Part shown: positions 31,548 to 32,867 of the stretch, in pieces
Layout: every line of letters starts with the position of its first letter
How positions within the stretch are numbered: the first letter of the stretch is position 1
Source of the DNA: an uncultured Coxiella sp.
Lineage (GTDB): Bacteria; Pseudomonadota; Gammaproteobacteria; Comchoanobacterales; Comchoanobacteraceae
DNA length: 32,867 nucleotides
NCBI GenBank assembly: GCA_964008345.1
Contig: CAXGBK010000072.1
Span: forward strand, 1-32,867
Direction of reading: 5' to 3'
Notes under the pieces: generated by a model
Database searches by the model: none
Told to the model about the DNA's origin: nothing
The model's input: only the letters and a program-made list of their open reading frames with translations
Translations under genes and position numbers: made by a program

Positions 31548-32867
31548 ATGCCTACAGGGAATATTTGGGGGATAACCGCTGAAACATCAGACATAGCAGT
31601 AAGCGGCGACAATCCATGGGCACGGACATATGTAATCGAACCTCGAAACAAGGATAGTACAACAATTCAGAGAGCAGTACGCAGGCGACAAAGCAGACAA
31701 AAACAACAACAACAACAATTAGAAGAATGGTTTCTAACTGGAGACTGGGATGATGCCCCCGGAATAGACAACGACGTTCATAGAAAAGCAACCCGTTTAC
31801 TCAAAAGCGAACTTAGGAGTAGCAAAACGGCTCCTACTGACGATCATGATACCGCAACAAGTACAGCACAAGAAATAAATGACGAACTCATCAAAGACTG
31901 TATTAAAAAGGCTATGACGAAGCCCGATAGTTCAGAACCAACTGAGGAGGAAATTAATGCATCACTCGCTGATTACAGAACAAAATATATGTCTAACATC
32001 CAAACAGCCTATGGTGGCGCAAGAGAAAAATTAAAGGACGAGGATATTAGACAACTTACCGATCTAGACCAAGAATTCCAAAGAATGTATGAAAGTGAGA
32101 AAACAAAGAACAAAGATGCAAAATCTTTTGATATCCAAATCAACGATAATATAACATTCACCACCGGTGATAAAAACAAGGTAAGCGTGGGAGGAAAAGG
32201 AACACCCAAAGAAAAAATGGAACAACTGATGGGACAACTAGAGTTGGCTAAAAACCGCAACACCGAACCAAAGATGAATACCCCTATTAATATCAAACTG
32301 TGTGGATCTAAAGCAGTACAAAGAGAAAAGCTGTTTCACATCATGAAAATATGCAAAGAAAGGGGTATAGATCTCAATAACTATACTCTAGGAGAAGATG
32401 GAAAAAGATTAGAAGCCGTTACAATAAAAGATATGAAAGCAGGCTACTTTGCAAGCTTAAGAAGACCATGGAAAACCATACCAAACACAGTAAAAAGATG
32501 TCGAAAAACTTTTGATCTTGCCAACCCAAATAGCGTTGCGTATCGAAAAATGGAATTGGACGATACAAGTCTAGAAGATAAAAATGGCAAACCCTTTACC
32601 TATGAAAGCGCAAAAAAAGAAATAAAAGAACTTAAAAAAATACAAGGTGAAGGTGGACTTAGTGACCAAGGAGAACAAAAGCTAGAATCGCTTAAAGAGG
32701 CAATCAAAGCACACAAAGAGAAATACAAAACAAAACAAACCGTGACTGTAGTAAAATCAAGTAAAGGCCCCATGGGCTCAATCGCTACAGCAAAAGAAGT
32801 ATCAAAGGCTATAGCGGAGCACAAGAACAATACGAAGCAGCTCAAAGAACTAAAAAAAGGACTAAAA
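31548..32867 (+). CDS. Hypothetical Lys/Glu/Gln-rich hydrophilic protein, at least 440 aa; partial, runs off the window
   Basis: Frame verified codon by codon: no stop from 31449 to 32867. It is absent from the track because no stop lies in the window. The first in-frame ATG, 31548, is preceded by TAAGGGAGAATATT (strong SD, 6-nt spacing). The product starts MPTGNIWGITAETSDIAVSGDNPW...RRRQSRQKQQQQQLEEW. It continues with long charged segments (KEIKELKKIQGEGG...KLESLKEAIKAHKEKYKTKQ). There is no TM segment and no motif I recognise. Confidence 0.7.
   Translation, partial: MPTGNIWGITAETSDIAVSGDNPWARTYVIEPRNKDSTTIQRAVRRRQSRQKQQQQQLEEWFLTGDWDDAPGIDNDVHRKATRLLKSELRSSKTAPTDDHDTATSTAQEINDELIKDCIKKAMTKPDSSEPTEEEINASLADYRTKYMSNIQTAYGGAREKLKDEDIRQLTDLDQEFQRMYESEKTKNKDAKSFDIQINDNITFTTGDKNKVSVGGKGTPKEKMEQLMGQLELAKNRNTEPKMNTPINIKLCGSKAVQREKLFHIMKICKERGIDLNNYTLGEDGKRLEAVTIKDMKAGYFASLRRPWKTIPNTVKRCRKTFDLANPNSVAYRKMELDDTSLEDKNGKPFTYESAKKEIKELKKIQGEGGLSDQGEQKLESLKEAIKAHKEKYKTKQTVTVVKSSKGPMGSIATAKEVSKAIAEHKNNTKQLKELKKGLK

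Noticed and set aside
31552-32845. Three minus-strand track ORFs (31552-31791, 32009-32296, 32600-32845)
   Set aside because: Their translations are low-complexity Leu/Phe/Ser/Cys-rich, typical of the antisense of a Lys/Glu-rich gene. All lie inside the verified open plus-strand frame 31548-32867, which has a strong RBS.
1-32867. Search for rRNA, tRNA, tmRNA, CRISPR arrays, IS/transposase, integrase, prophage, toxin-antitoxin or known defence-system genes
   Set aside because: Nothing of the kind was seen. No GC-rich structured intergenic segment, spaced direct-repeat array, DDE/tyrosine-recombinase-like ORF, or small adjacent gene pair with TA-like features was found. Visual inspection cannot exclude small RNAs.

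Overview
The window looks like chromosomal DNA from a roughly 40% GC gammaproteobacterium. The gene content suggests a Legionellales-type (Coxiella/Rickettsiella/Legionella-like) intracellular lifestyle. This is inference only; no search was run.

Well-supported core blocks:
- htrA/degP (954-2291, +)
- A solitary diphosphomevalonate decarboxylase gene (6303-7313, -)
- A complete 5' half of the dcw cell-wall cluster on the minus strand, mraZ-rsmH-ftsL-ftsI-murE-murF-mraY-murD-ftsW-murG (20626 down to 9555), with tight or overlapping junctions
- adk
- A CorC/CNNM transporter
- ffh
- rpsP-rimM-trmD

Orphan and eukaryote-like genes sit between these blocks. They include a PLOD-like glycosyltransferase, an RNI-type LRR protein, a class-3-lipase-like hydrolase and a GH81-like beta-1,3-glucanase. 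There are also several membrane or hydrophilic orphans and a stand-alone HPt protein.

Two substantial ORFs are missing from the supplied track because they run off the window edges: 1-786 (-) and 31548-32867 (+). I checked both frames codon by codon.

Non-coding signals worth attention:
- An identical 15-bp perfect palindrome occurs upstream of two unrelated orphan genes, with a 12/15 copy upstream of a third.
- Three perfect 10-bp-phased MraZ-box-like repeats overlap the mraZ ribosome-binding site and start codon.
- A G8/C8 homopolymer abuts the glycosyltransferase start.
- A perfect hairpin lies between rpsP and rimM.

I found no rRNA, tRNA, CRISPR array, IS element or integrase. I found no recognisable defence or toxin-antitoxin system, and no single system stands out. 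The most unusual content is the orphan/eukaryote-like gene set and its possible shared operator.
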